Shown here in pieces: positions 38,886 through 48,139 of a stretch of 64,000 nucleotides of DNA. The DNA is from an uncultured virus (IMG/VR IMGVR_UViG_3300023243_000074) (Duplodnaviria > Heunggongvirae > Uroviricota > Caudoviricetes): IMG/VR virus record IMGVR_UViG_3300023243_000074; one strand, 5' to 3'. The stretch's first letter is position 1. Each line of letters opens with the position of its first letter. The notes beneath the pieces were generated by a model. The model was not told the origin of the DNA. It ran no database searches and saw only the letters and a list, made by a program, of their open reading frames with translations. Made by a program: the position numbers and the translations under genes.

Positions 38886-39482
38886 ATGGCAGAATCATTA
38901 TTTTATAAATTAGAACAAGCAGCATTTCGAGCGGGAATAAACCCACGCAGCGATGATGCTAAAGTATGGTTCCGTCAAAAAGTTAAGGAACTAGGCAAGG
39001 TCAATAGAAATCAATTGCTAAAGGATGAAGCATTGATCATGAAGTCTAGGGCGATCTGGGGTAACATGTATATGTTCTTTTATGATCCTAAACATCGAGA
39101 GAAACTTCCGTACTATGACCAATTCCCATTGACAATAATGGTTGAAAAGGCTCCGGGCGGTTTCTACGGATTAAATCTACACTATCTGAAACCAACGGTA
39201 CGGGCTTCGTTCTTAGACAGCCTTGGTGGTACTCTTACTAATGATAAATTTGATGAAAGTACTAGGTTTAAAATGAGGTACGACTTACTCAAGAGTGTTC
39301 GTAAGTATCGAGAGTTTAAACCTTGTTTCAAACATTATCTTAGTAGTCAGATAGATTCAAAAATTGTATTGGTTCGCCCACCAGAATGGGAGATCGCGAT
39401 ATTCTTACCAACTGAGCAATTTGCTAAGAGCACAAAAACCGCAGTCTGGAAAGACTCATATAAAATAAGTAGAGGACTATAA
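38886..39482 (+). CDS. gp2: DNA end protector protein gp2
   Basis: YDPKHREKLPYYDQFPL, GLNLHYL, CFKHYL. Confidence 0.9.
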   Translation: MAESLFYKLEQAAFRAGINPRSDDAKVWFRQKVKELGKVNRNQLLKDEALIMKSRAIWGNMYMFFYDPKHREKLPYYDQFPLTIMVEKAPGGFYGLNLHYLKPTVRASFLDSLGGTLTNDKFDESTRFKMRYDLLKSVRKYREFKPCFKHYLSSQIDSKIVLVRPPEWEIAIFLPTEQFAKSTKTAVWKDSYKISRGL

Positions 39483-39484
39483 TA

Positions 39485-40153
39485 ATGTCATTACTCGGAA
39501 GCGATATCGACGAACTAAAAGGAATCTTCAGCAAACGCCAAGGACTTGCTAACTCTAATAGATTCATGGTTTATATGCAACCTCCATCGGGCAGTTTACT
39601 GAATCTTGACTTAAACGCCCTTGCAGTCGGAGTACTGTCTGGAAATGGTTTGTCGTTAGGAGGTCTTATAAACGACCCCAGAGATGTTGCTATGTTATGT
39701 GAGAGTTGCACCCTGCCTGGGCGCGCAATCACGACGATTGATATGCAGAACGTAAAGCAATCTATCAAAGTTCCATACACATATATCAATGAAGACGTCA
39801 CGTTTACTTTCTTGTTGACCAATGATTATTATATGCGAAAGATGTTTGATCAATGGATGGGTATGGTATTTAATATCGACACTTATACTATGAACTATAA
39901 GAGCGAATATGTAACCGACGTCAGAATTGCTCAACTAAACAAACAGAACATCCCAATATACACTGTTCGCCTAGAGAACGCATATCCTACTGGTATTAAT
40001 GCTATTAACCTAGATAACACTGCCGAGAACAGTATTCAGAAAGTGACGGTTAACCTAACATACGAGAACTTCGTGGTAGAAGGACTTGTTGATACAGTTA
40101 CTGGAATTGCTGGTGGAATTGCTGATACAGTTGCAGGAACCTTCGGACTTTAA
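39485..40153 (+). CDS. Tail tube / tube initiator protein (gp54/gp19 family)
   Basis: LCESCTLPG, FTF, FDQW, AYPT.I..INLD, VNLTY. Confidence 0.75.
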   Translation: MSLLGSDIDELKGIFSKRQGLANSNRFMVYMQPPSGSLLNLDLNALAVGVLSGNGLSLGGLINDPRDVAMLCESCTLPGRAITTIDMQNVKQSIKVPYTYINEDVTFTFLLTNDYYMRKMFDQWMGMVFNIDTYTMNYKSEYVTDVRIAQLNKQNIPIYTVRLENAYPTGINAINLDNTAENSIQKVTVNLTYENFVVEGLVDTVTGIAGGIADTVAGTFGL

Positions 40154-40155
40154 AC

Positions 40156-40163
40156 TATAAATA
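40156..40163 (+). promoter_or_regulatory. T4-type late promoter TATAAATA
   Basis: Exact consensus upstream of gp26. Confidence 0.8.
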
Positions 40164-40199
40164 CTACTGACTGAAATTTTTATATTAAGGAATTAAATA

Positions 40200-40898
40200 A
40201 TGGCATTACCCGTAATCGATACACCCAAATATTCTGTAAAGATCCCATCTACACAGAAAGAAGTTACATACAGACCCTACCTCGTTAAAGAGGAAAAGGT
40301 TTTGATGCTTGCTATGGAAAGCGAAGATCAATCGCAAATATTAAGAGCAGTGCAAGATGTTATTGACGCATGTACATTTGGCAAACTTCAAGTTAAACAA
40401 CTTGCTACATTTGACCTAGAGTACTTGTTTTTAAAGTTGAGATCAAAGTCTGTCGGGGAAGTATCTAAAATTAACCTAAAGTGTTCTAACTGCGAAGAGA
40501 GTAACGAGTACGAACTTAATCTAGATGCATTAGAAGTACAAGGTACTGAATTCGATAGTAAGATTATGTTGACCGATAAGGTCGGAATCAAACTAAGGTA
40601 TCCTACTGTCGAAGATGCTCAAAAGATATCTAAGTTAGAAGGTATAGAAGCGGTTATGAAAACAGTTGTTAATTCAATTGAAATGATTTTTGACGAAAAT
40701 AATGTATACCCTGCCAAAGATTCTACTCCACAAGAACTACAAGCGTTTGTAGACTCACTGAACTCTGCTCAGTTTAAAAAGATCGAGCAGTTCTTCCAGA
40801 GCATGCCTTCGCTTAAACATGATGTCAAATATACTTGTTCCAATTGTGGTACAGTTAATGAGTTTGAGTTAAAGGGTCTTGCAAATTTTTTCGGGTAG
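40200..40898 (+). CDS. gp26: Baseplate hub assembly protein gp26-like
   Basis: MALP....P.Y, YRPYLVKEEK, FDLEYLFLKLRSKSVGE, two CxxC motifs, ends GLANFFG. Confidence 0.88.
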   Translation: MALPVIDTPKYSVKIPSTQKEVTYRPYLVKEEKVLMLAMESEDQSQILRAVQDVIDACTFGKLQVKQLATFDLEYLFLKLRSKSVGEVSKINLKCSNCEESNEYELNLDALEVQGTEFDSKIMLTDKVGIKLRYPTVEDAQKISKLEGIEAVMKTVVNSIEMIFDENNVYPAKDSTPQELQAFVDSLNSAQFKKIEQFFQSMPSLKHDVKYTCSNCGTVNEFELKGLANFFG

Positions 40899-41089
40899 GC
40901 CTCTCCCATGATTCGCTTGTAAACCACTACAAGACGAATTTTGCTATGATGCAGCATCATAATTATTCACTCAGTGAACTTGATACCATGATGCCTTGGG
41001 AGAGAGAGATTTATGTTATGCAATTAGTTGAGTTTGTGAAACAAGAAGAAGAACGCGCAAAAATAAGACAACAATCTTGGAATAGGTAA
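40892..41089 (+). CDS. gp51-like hub assembly catalyst, probably made as a -1 frameshift extension of gp26 (first ATG at 40946)
   Basis: The -1 frame reads RVGLSHDSLVNHYKTNFAMMQHHNYSLSELDTMMPWEREIYV..., with no start codon before the LSHD..HYKTNF segment. Confidence 0.75.
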   Translation, partial: RVGLSHDSLVNHYKTNFAMMQHHNYSLSELDTMMPWEREIYVMQLVEFVKQEEERAKIRQQSWNR

Positions 41090-41093
41090 AGAT

Positions 41094-42815
41094 ATGGATA
41101 ACGAACAAAAAGGTTTGCTAGAAGATGTAATTCTAGAGATGATGGAATTCAACCAGAACATTGTTCAGGTCGATAGCAGGATTTCTATGTCTAACGACTA
41201 CTTGAATAACATCGACGCGAACTCGTTCGTGATGAACGATCAACTACAAAACATTGCAGATATCTTAGGAGGCAATAACCTTGCAGCACTTGAAAAGGCA
41301 AAGGAAGATGGAGTATTACAAGAGAGGACTCTTAATGCTCTAAACGCAATTGCAGACAATACTACCCCAAAAAAGACCGTTAGTGAATCAAGCGCTGGAG
41401 GGTTTGGTGGAATTATATTAGGTGCTATTAGTTTTGTCGCGGGATTTATTAGCGGCTATCTAAAGCAGTTCGTAACGATCGCCAAGTCATTTTTTATCAT
41501 AGTGAAAGAAGCTGCTCTATTGATAGGTAAAGGAATTGCAGCAACATTCCGTTTCCTGAAGGCAGAGTTTGGTGCTACTAAGATAGGTGCTAAGATCATG
41601 TCTTTAGTTTCCAGTGTAGGAAATTTCTTCACTGGTGTGCTGGATCGTATCAAATTGTTCTTTAAAGAAAGTAGTTTTGTAAAAAAGATTAAATCGATAT
41701 TCACTAGTGTGAAGAATTTCTTTCTCATACCATTAAATAATGTTAAAGCTGAATTTAAATTATTCTCAGACGCATTTGGAAACATTGTACCTAAAGTAAA
41801 AGCTTTGCTTGGTCCTATATTTGGCATAGGCGATAGATTAAATGATGTTAAGGGAGTATTCACCTCGATAAAGAATACAGTTGGTGGATGGGTTAGTAAT
41901 GTATTATCAAAGATCAAGGGAGTTCTTAAGATATTTACTGCCGGTGGTGTACTGGGTAAGTTCGGAGCATTCTTTGGAAAGATCTTCGCGCCCTTCACTA
42001 TCATCATGGCACTATTCGATACTGTTAGTGGTGCTATGAAAGGATACGAAGACGGCGGGATATTGGGTGCTATTAAAGGTGGCCTGGGTGGTTTAATATC
42101 ATCTATCATCGGTACTCCATTGAATATGCTCAAGGACTTAGCATCTTGGATCGCTTCTAAACTAGGGTTCGAATCTTTCTCAGAAACATTAGATAGTTTT
42201 GACTTCTTATCATTGATTAAAAACGGTATCGACGGTATATTCAATTGGTTTAGTACATTATTCACTGATCCTGGCGCAGCACTAACCGAATTATGGAATA
42301 ACCTAGTAGGCAAAGGTGGTTATATGGACTTACTATTCAAACCAATCGACATGCTTATTGACTGGATTACCAAAACTCTTGGTTTCCGCGATGAAGATGC
42401 TCCAGAATTTAGTATCGGCAACATACTTCGCGGTGTGTGGAACACTATTATAGAATGGGTTGCATCACTCATTGAAAAAATTCCTCTTGTTGGCAACAAA
42501 GGTGCTTCTATGATCCGTGGACTGGCTGCGGGTGAAGCAACAGTCGATATTAAGAAAATGTCAGCACCCCCGATAAAAGAAGTTCAGAAGAGTGGAGACA
42601 CACTAAACAAATCAGATACTGAAAGGCGCAACTCTGAAACTGCCACCGAAATGGTTAAAGATAGTGCGGCACTATCTGTGCCTGCATCAGTGTCGAGTAA
42701 CTCCGGATCTTCTCCAGTAACTAATAGTCAGAACACCTATAATATATCAAACCCTAATATTCCAGATCGAAGTTTCGGTGGATTAGTAGGTAATGATATG
42801 ATGATAGCAGCATAA
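41094..42815 (+). CDS. Tape-measure-like / baseplate hub protein (gp29-like)
   Basis: 573 aa of amphipathic helical G/F/I/K-rich sequence with periodic aromatics; follows the tube and gp26 genes. Confidence 0.65.
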   Translation: MDNEQKGLLEDVILEMMEFNQNIVQVDSRISMSNDYLNNIDANSFVMNDQLQNIADILGGNNLAALEKAKEDGVLQERTLNALNAIADNTTPKKTVSESSAGGFGGIILGAISFVAGFISGYLKQFVTIAKSFFIIVKEAALLIGKGIAATFRFLKAEFGATKIGAKIMSLVSSVGNFFTGVLDRIKLFFKESSFVKKIKSIFTSVKNFFLIPLNNVKAEFKLFSDAFGNIVPKVKALLGPIFGIGDRLNDVKGVFTSIKNTVGGWVSNVLSKIKGVLKIFTAGGVLGKFGAFFGKIFAPFTIIMALFDTVSGAMKGYEDGGILGAIKGGLGGLISSIIGTPLNMLKDLASWIASKLGFESFSETLDSFDFLSLIKNGIDGIFNWFSTLFTDPGAALTELWNNLVGKGGYMDLLFKPIDMLIDWITKTLGFRDEDAPEFSIGNILRGVWNTIIEWVASLIEKIPLVGNKGASMIRGLAAGEATVDIKKMSAPPIKEVQKSGDTLNKSDTERRNSETATEMVKDSAALSVPASVSSNSGSSPVTNSQNTYNISNPNIPDRSFGGLVGNDMMIAA

Positions 42816-42841
42816 AAAAAGGACCCCGAAGGGTCCTTTTT
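42814..42841. terminator. Bidirectional rho-independent terminator
   Basis: aaaaaaaggaccc-cgaa-gggtccttttt between convergent genes. Confidence 0.9.
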
Positions 42842-42859
42842 ATTTGGCATATTGAACTG

Positions 42860-43789
42860 TTATGCGTCAGCAGCTAACTTACTGAAGAAACTCATCGCAT
42901 CTTCATCGTCGTCTTCCATGGAGGTAACTGGTTTTGCGCCAGCACTCTTTGGAGCAGCAGCACTTTCAGTGCGACCCGCAGATGGAGTAGGAGTATAGAA
43001 CTCATCATCCATCATAGACTCAGCAGTCTTCATTGGAGATGCTTGCGCACCACCCAATACCATACTTAGTTTACGATCTAGTTCTTCATATGATTTGAAG
43101 TTCTTAACATCAGTGTAAGCAGATAATGGGTTTAGTTTCGTATAGACTTCTTCCAACTTCTCGTCGTCGCCACCTAGCAATGGAGCAGGGGTTGCAAACT
43201 CAGACTTGTCGTAGTTACGGTATCCTTCAACTTGACGGATCTTCAATTTGAAGTCTGCGCCATCCCAGAAGTCAAACGGATTGACTGGGTCTTCATCTTG
43301 GAATTGTGGTTGAATAACATCCATGATTTTATCAAAGATCTTCTTACCAAACTGATAGATGAATACCTTACCTTCATTAGCAGGATTGCCCGGATCGCTC
43401 ACAATATATGCATTGACTGCATAGTGTTGTCGGCGTTTCTGTTTACGCACCTGATCTTTGTCAGATTCGATACCAGAGTTCCACAACTTAGAGTTGAGTT
43501 CAGAGACAGGATCGGGTTGACCAATACTTGTCAATGACTTTTCAATGTACCACTTTCCAGTAGGACCTTGGAAACCGTGGTCCCAGAAACGAACCCAAGG
43601 CACATCTTCACCTTCTGGCGCGGGCAAGAATCGCAACACGGCGTAACCGTTACCAGACTTGTCTACCGTAGGTTTCCAGATATTATCTTCTTGCTTTGAA
43701 CCGCCTGCCTTATCAGCAACGGCTTGTGCTTGTTCAACTAGTTTGTTAATTGAAGCAGAACGATTTTTCTTTAGAGCATTAAATGACAT
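42860..43789 (-). CDS. gp32: Single-stranded DNA-binding protein gp32
   Basis: DKSGNGYAVLRFLP, HGFQGPTGKWYIE, FGKKIFDKI, YRNYDKSEF, acidic tail ending FSKLA. Confidence 0.95.
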   Translation of the reverse strand: MSFNALKKNRSASINKLVEQAQAVADKAGGSKQEDNIWKPTVDKSGNGYAVLRFLPAPEGEDVPWVRFWDHGFQGPTGKWYIEKSLTSIGQPDPVSELNSKLWNSGIESDKDQVRKQKRRQHYAVNAYIVSDPGNPANEGKVFIYQFGKKIFDKIMDVIQPQFQDEDPVNPFDFWDGADFKLKIRQVEGYRNYDKSEFATPAPLLGGDDEKLEEVYTKLNPLSAYTDVKNFKSYEELDRKLSMVLGGAQASPMKTAESMMDDEFYTPTPSAGRTESAAAPKSAGAKPVTSMEDDDEDAMSFFSKLAADA

Positions 43790-43824
43790 TTTGTATTTTC
43801 CTTTTATACAGATTTTGAATTGAT

Positions 43825-43853
43825 ATTATAACACAGTATCGCAAATTATGCAA
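43825..43853 (-). promoter_or_regulatory. Sigma70-type promoter TTGCAT-N17-TATAAT upstream of gp32
   Basis: Hexamers and spacing read directly. Confidence 0.7.
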
Positions 43854-44457
43854 ACTTTTCAACGATGATTTTTTTCATCACTGGTAGGTCTGCACTCACA
43901 AAGGGAGTCATCTTCACAATCTTCTTAGACAAATCTGGCCACACTAGTGTTTCCGTTATTGACTTGTTCAATCGTTTAGTGAATCCCAACATCTTCTCGA
44001 TGATTACCACTGTCTCCAGGGATATATCTTCTTGAAGAAGTAGTTTGACAATGTGCGGATGCGCATCGTCAGTAGTAGATAAGAAGAGTCCGTCAAATTT
44101 AAGACCCTTCATATCTGCATAGTTTACCATAGTATCTATATCGTTTGTGAAACGATATTTCATAGAGTCAGAGTATCTTTTCCATGCAAGGTAGTGAACA
44201 TCACCATCCTCTACCATGTCGCCAACCCATTTAGAACCACGCGAGAAGTTAGAAACATAGAATTCCACCAAGTCTTTTGGTTGAGTGAACTTCTTTGCTA
44301 TCTTTGCGAAGTGATACTTGTCCTTACGACCCAAGAATGCCTTGGGTGTTGCAGAACTTTTAAAGTTATATTTCAGAGCGTCATACCCATCGCGCTCAAA
44401 ATGTAATTTGATCGCCATGTAATATGAGTATGCATCATATGGTTGGATCATAATCAT
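43846..44457 (-). CDS. gp59: Helicase loader gp59
   Basis: YMAIKLHF..YDALKY, RKDKYHF, HPHIVK..ISLET; adjacent to gp32. Confidence 0.88.
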   Translation of the reverse strand: MIMIQPYDAYSYYMAIKLHFERDGYDALKYNFKSSATPKAFLGRKDKYHFAKIAKKFTQPKDLVEFYVSNFSRGSKWVGDMVEDGDVHYLAWKRYSDSMKYRFTNDIDTMVNYADMKGLKFDGLFLSTTDDAHPHIVKLLLQEDISLETVVIIEKMLGFTKRLNKSITETLVWPDLSKKIVKMTPFVSADLPVMKKIIVEKFA

Positions 44458-44678
44458 ACTGGTAGTGTATTGTGTCCAGGTAACATACGATCAGCAATTG
44501 CCTCTGCCTCAATACGAGATTTAAGGGGAGCACTGATTAATGGACCAACATCTTGCGGGTCGATCGATCGCTCAGAGCAGATAAAAAGAACTGCCTCCAT
44601 GTGCGTCATGCGTTTTAGACGAGCGGTCTGCTCGGCAAGTTCACTAAACTGTTTCTTACTTAAAATATCATCAATCAC
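44454..44678 (-). CDS. gp33: Late transcription coactivator gp33
   Basis: FSELAE..HMEAVLFICSE..IDP..LIS.PLKSRIEAEA; gp33-gp59-gp32 synteny; probable GTG start at 44678. Confidence 0.8.
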   Translation of the reverse strand: MIDDILSKKQFSELAEQTARLKRMTHMEAVLFICSERSIDPQDVGPLISAPLKSRIEAEAIADRMLPGHNTLPV

Positions 44679-44679
44679 G

Positions 44680-45321
44680 TTAACCCCATTTATAAAAAAT
44701 ATGTGTGTCCATCTTACCAGTGCGTTCCATGCTTCTATCATTGCGCCACTTTGGATTGACATATGTCGCATGATAATGTGTGGAACCTTCTGTTATGTCG
44801 AACCCCTTATTATACATCTGAAACGCTGTTTTGGCAACCTCTATAACTCGTTTCCACTTATCCGTTTCCTCATTGATAGTGTCTGATTTACCATCACACG
44901 CCCAAGAGAACTGACACTTACCTTTGCGAGCATCATCTGCATGTTGTTCAGTGCCAAGCCTTCCCTGATATACTACTTTACAAATTGAGTTGGGAAACCT
45001 ATCATCTACAACCCTATTCATAACAACAAACACCACAGAGATCTGCCCAGCAAAACTTTCGTTTAGTGCCTCAAAGTATACATTAGTGGCAAGACAGTTT
45101 AAGTCCTTGATGCTTAGTTTAGTTTGTCTCGTTAGTGGTTTGAGTTCGGTTGATAGTTGCAACCGCTCCACAATTGGCTCAGAAGTTTCTTCTGGGAGTG
45201 TGATCCGATATTCAATTTGGTTACTACTAACCATACTTGGTATTGTAAGTACCAGAGATGTTACTGATATTAGCGCAAGAGCGATAGAAGCGATTGAACC
45301 GATTATTTGTTTTTTAACCAT
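44680..45321 (-). CDS. Cell wall hydrolase, SleB/Hydrolase_2 family, with N-terminal membrane anchor
   Basis: CLATNVYFEA, VVMNRV..RFPNSIC.VV, CQFSW.CDG, THYHA.YV.P.W, HIFY. Confidence 0.9.
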   Translation of the reverse strand: MVKKQIIGSIASIALALISVTSLVLTIPSMVSSNQIEYRITLPEETSEPIVERLQLSTELKPLTRQTKLSIKDLNCLATNVYFEALNESFAGQISVVFVVMNRVVDDRFPNSICKVVYQGRLGTEQHADDARKGKCQFSWACDGKSDTINEETDKWKRVIEVAKTAFQMYNKGFDITEGSTHYHATYVNPKWRNDRSMERTGKMDTHIFYKWG

Positions 45322-46465
45322 TAGTTATCCTCATCAAAATGGTGTCGTCGTTAAGTCGACCATTTGGAGAGGCATCTTTTGTAGTTAATTTGGACCAAGC
45401 GTTACCGATTTGTTTCGGTGTCTTAGAAAGGACTAGGGGTAAGAACTCCTCCGGTTTACGCAGACGCGTAGACTTGGATATAGCACTATCCCAATTTTGT
45501 AGACTTGTACCCTTAACGCTCAGACCATCGGGACCCGAACTTATGTACTCAGACAATGTCCTCGTTTTCACATTAAATACAAACAGACGCGCCGCCCCTA
45601 CTACTGTAGCAGGATTGATCGACACGAGTTTGAACTCTGGTGATTCCTTTAGGAATTTTATCTTAGCGACTAGTTTCGTTGCCGCGACTGGTTTCTTTGT
45701 ACGGACCTTCCGTACTGTTTTAGAGTTCGCTTGATGACGTTTTAAATCATCTAGTACTTTATTTAGCAATTTTACACGCGCAACTAATTCTTTCTTATCC
45801 AAGTGACGGAATGCCTCCACCGCCTGTGGACAAGATTTATCAATCGCGTCTTGCATCTCCTGGATGCGGTCATTAACCCAAGGAGTAACCATACCAACAG
45901 ACATTGCTGGTAAGTCGTGTTGCTTCATAAGGGCGTATGCATCAAACTTTTCAGTTAGACTCGCCAACCATGCGTCTTCCAACACGCGAAGGTCTTCCAT
46001 GATAGTGACGTTAACCTTATTACGCAGACGCTGTTGAGGGGTAATGACTTCACGAGGTTTGTCTTCTGACGTTTTGACCTCCTTGATCTTAGAACCTTCC
46101 TCAACCGCTCTCATGATATGGTCTTTGATAAATGTTTTCTCTTTATCATTAAGCACGAATCCACGACTATCGCTCATCCTAACCAATGCGCCTGCGGTTG
46201 AGTTCGCCCATGTTGGACACGCTAACTTGAACTGATTGAGTTGTGTTGCAGGTAACTTTAACTCTGTCTTTGCGTAGGATAGTATATTGGGAATAAGGTC
46301 TTTCTTAGATACAAAATAGTTGTACCAATTGAGAGCCTTGAGCAACGCAATATTCCTACCCTCATAGTCAACACCAAGAGTTGAATCGAACATAGGTTCA
46401 GCTCCCAAGAACTTCATGTCTGGGTCGGAGAATCTAGATTTTGTAGTTTTGCTTGATGTTGCCAT
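45314..46465 (-). CDS. Conserved T4-like hypothetical protein
   Basis: 383-aa ORF with ALNWYNY and C-terminal LRKPEE..NGRLN; has its own promoter. Confidence 0.7.
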   Translation of the reverse strand: MATSSKTTKSRFSDPDMKFLGAEPMFDSTLGVDYEGRNIALLKALNWYNYFVSKKDLIPNILSYAKTELKLPATQLNQFKLACPTWANSTAGALVRMSDSRGFVLNDKEKTFIKDHIMRAVEEGSKIKEVKTSEDKPREVITPQQRLRNKVNVTIMEDLRVLEDAWLASLTEKFDAYALMKQHDLPAMSVGMVTPWVNDRIQEMQDAIDKSCPQAVEAFRHLDKKELVARVKLLNKVLDDLKRHQANSKTVRKVRTKKPVAATKLVAKIKFLKESPEFKLVSINPATVVGAARLFVFNVKTRTLSEYISSGPDGLSVKGTSLQNWDSAISKSTRLRKPEEFLPLVLSKTPKQIGNAWSKLTTKDASPNGRLNDDTILMRITNG

Positions 46466-46495
46466 GAGATGTACCTTTAATTATAATATGTGGTT

Positions 46496-46524
46496 ATTAT
46501 ATATTAAAATTAGATGTTTGTAAA
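46496..46524 (-). promoter_or_regulatory. Sigma70-type promoter TTTACA-N17-TATAAT
   Basis: Hexamers and spacing read directly. Confidence 0.65.
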
Positions 46525-46803
46525 GCATTTTACTGAATCTACTCGAAAACTGCGCCACTCATTGATATCCAAGTCAAATACACGGATGGTCTCGGTAGAG
46601 ATTTTGCGCTCAGGTGCATCTTCCTTGATAACAGGCTGGTGTTCCACTGGAATCATCATAAAGTCCATAGTACAGTTCATCACTCGTTCTGTACCGTCCT
46701 TCTTAGTGAACACCACTTGCTGTGCATCCATTGCAAGGCGTGATAGCATTTCGTCGCGAGTTAGAGTAGGTTCTGTAGTCACTTGCATAATATTTTCTTT
46801 CAT
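46510..46803 (-). CDS. SH3/Sm-like beta-barrel protein (WYL_2-like)
   Basis: VFTKKDGTERVMNCT...VFDLDINEWRSFR. Confidence 0.75.
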   Translation of the reverse strand: MKENIMQVTTEPTLTRDEMLSRLAMDAQQVVFTKKDGTERVMNCTMDFMMIPVEHQPVIKEDAPERKISTETIRVFDLDINEWRSFRVDSVKCFTNI

Positions 46804-46804
46804 G

Positions 46805-47170
46805 TTATCGGCGCATATTCGCCATGTTGATTGCTTCTTCATTCGAGAATACCGGAACAGCATTAGACTTGTGTAGCGTAGCTACTCCAATCATTTTAGA
46901 TCCAGTATACACTTTATCTGCTGGTTTCGCAGCATTACCCATACCATTACCCCTAGAGAGTATAGTAGCAGTCTCTCGGACATATGCCCTTGGTGTCAGT
47001 ATAGAATTGGTCATGTGTGAATTATACACGCCTTTTCGTTTTTGCGCAACCCCAAACTCCGAATTTAAACTGAGTTCGTACTCACGCTTTGCTTCTGCCG
47101 ACTTGAACTTCATCTTCTTATTCTTTTTAGAAGATCCGCTCATGTTATACATCGGATGCATTAGTCCCAT
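46805..47170 (-). CDS. Hypothetical protein
   Basis: Basic ORF ending YTG..IGVATLHKSNAVPVF. Confidence 0.65.
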   Translation of the reverse strand: MGLMHPMYNMSGSSKKNKKMKFKSAEAKREYELSLNSEFGVAQKRKGVYNSHMTNSILTPRAYVRETATILSRGNGMGNAAKPADKVYTGSKMIGVATLHKSNAVPVFSNEEAINMANMRR

Positions 47171-47379
47171 GAATCCATACCCTTCATAGATGAGTATGAT
47201 TCGTAGATACCACTATCTCGGATGTACGACTGTTCTTCCTTAGCAGTCCATCCCAAGTAACGGTCACCACCGTCGAAGTCTTCACTCCGTTTGATCTTAG
47301 TAGTGGTCTTGGCATTTTTACCAATGCGTTTAACGGTTGTATTGGACTTGGCAGTGCGTTGTTTTAGTGTAGCGGGCAT
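47161..47379 (-). CDS. Hypothetical protein
   Basis: 72-aa ORF in an early operon. Confidence 0.55.
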   Translation of the reverse strand: MPATLKQRTAKSNTTVKRIGKNAKTTTKIKRSEDFDGGDRYLGWTAKEEQSYIRDSGIYESYSSMKGMDSWD

Positions 47380-47391
47380 TTTAATATTTCC

Positions 47392-47712
47392 TTAGAAGTT
47401 GTAGTCGTAAAATTTAGCAGGGGTGGCTGACAGCGAGAAGCGGCGACCATCTTTACATTTCCATTTACCATTCTTATTAAGACGGATACGGATAACTGGA
47501 GCAGTATTATCAGAGGTGATTTTCCACTTCTGGTCACGGATGTTAGTACACACAGCAGAGAAACCGCCTGGAATGAACTCCATCTTGACAGATTTATCTT
47601 CTGTAGCATCCATTTCACGAACCTCGATGGTCTTGTCTGATACTACCTTAACGATCTCGAACGGGTTAACATCAGAGTAACCGATGTGATTTGCGAATTT
47701 TTCATTGATCAT
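47392..47712 (-). CDS. Hypothetical early protein
   Basis: 106 aa with SD (GAGG) behind a repeated early promoter. Confidence 0.7.
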   Translation of the reverse strand: MINEKFANHIGYSDVNPFEIVKVVSDKTIEVREMDATEDKSVKMEFIPGGFSAVCTNIRDQKWKITSDNTAPVIRIRLNKNGKWKCKDGRRFSLSATPAKFYDYNF

Positions 47713-47730
47713 ATGAACCTCTTTTTTTCA

Positions 47731-47804
47731 AACTATGATACTAGTATACCACAAAAATGGATACTTGCAAGCATTATTTTCATCAATGTTGCAAAAATGC
47801 AACA
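47731..47804 (-). promoter_or_regulatory. Early promoter cassette 1 (TTGCAA-N16-TATACT, extended -10, upstream palindrome)
   Basis: 51 bp identical to 48028-48078; palindrome TGTTGCA-aaaa-TGCAACA at 47787-47804. Confidence 0.8.
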
Positions 47805-48007
47805 GAATATACCCCATTAGTTGACACATTGTTCCATCCTTGGACTAGCATCTCTGCCGCGCGAACGCTCAAACCGTCATTAGCAAGTACTGTTCCAACT
47901 TCACGCGCATGGAACTCATTGAAGGTGCGCTGCTCTTGTACTACTTTATTACTATCTAATGCAGTGTACTCAACTTGGTATGTTGATACTCGGGGTATGC
48001 GATACAT
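47783..48007 (-). CDS. Hypothetical early protein
   Basis: 74 aa with SD, flanked by 51-bp direct repeats. Confidence 0.6.
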   Translation of the reverse strand: MYRIPRVSTYQVEYTALDSNKVVQEQRTFNEFHAREVGTVLANDGLSVRAAEMLVQGWNNVSTNGVYSVAFLQH

Positions 48008-48027
48008 GGTAACCTCTCTTTGTTTTG

Positions 48028-48101
48028 AACTATGATACTAGTATACCACAAAAATGGATACTTGCAAGCATTATTTTCTCAGTTGTTGTATTTTTGCAAC
48101 A
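48028..48101 (-). promoter_or_regulatory. Early promoter cassette 2
   Basis: Direct repeat of cassette 1; palindrome at 48084-48101. Confidence 0.8.
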
Positions 48102-48139
48102 GATGGGTTATGAGCCCATCAGGAGCGCCGGCGCAATTA

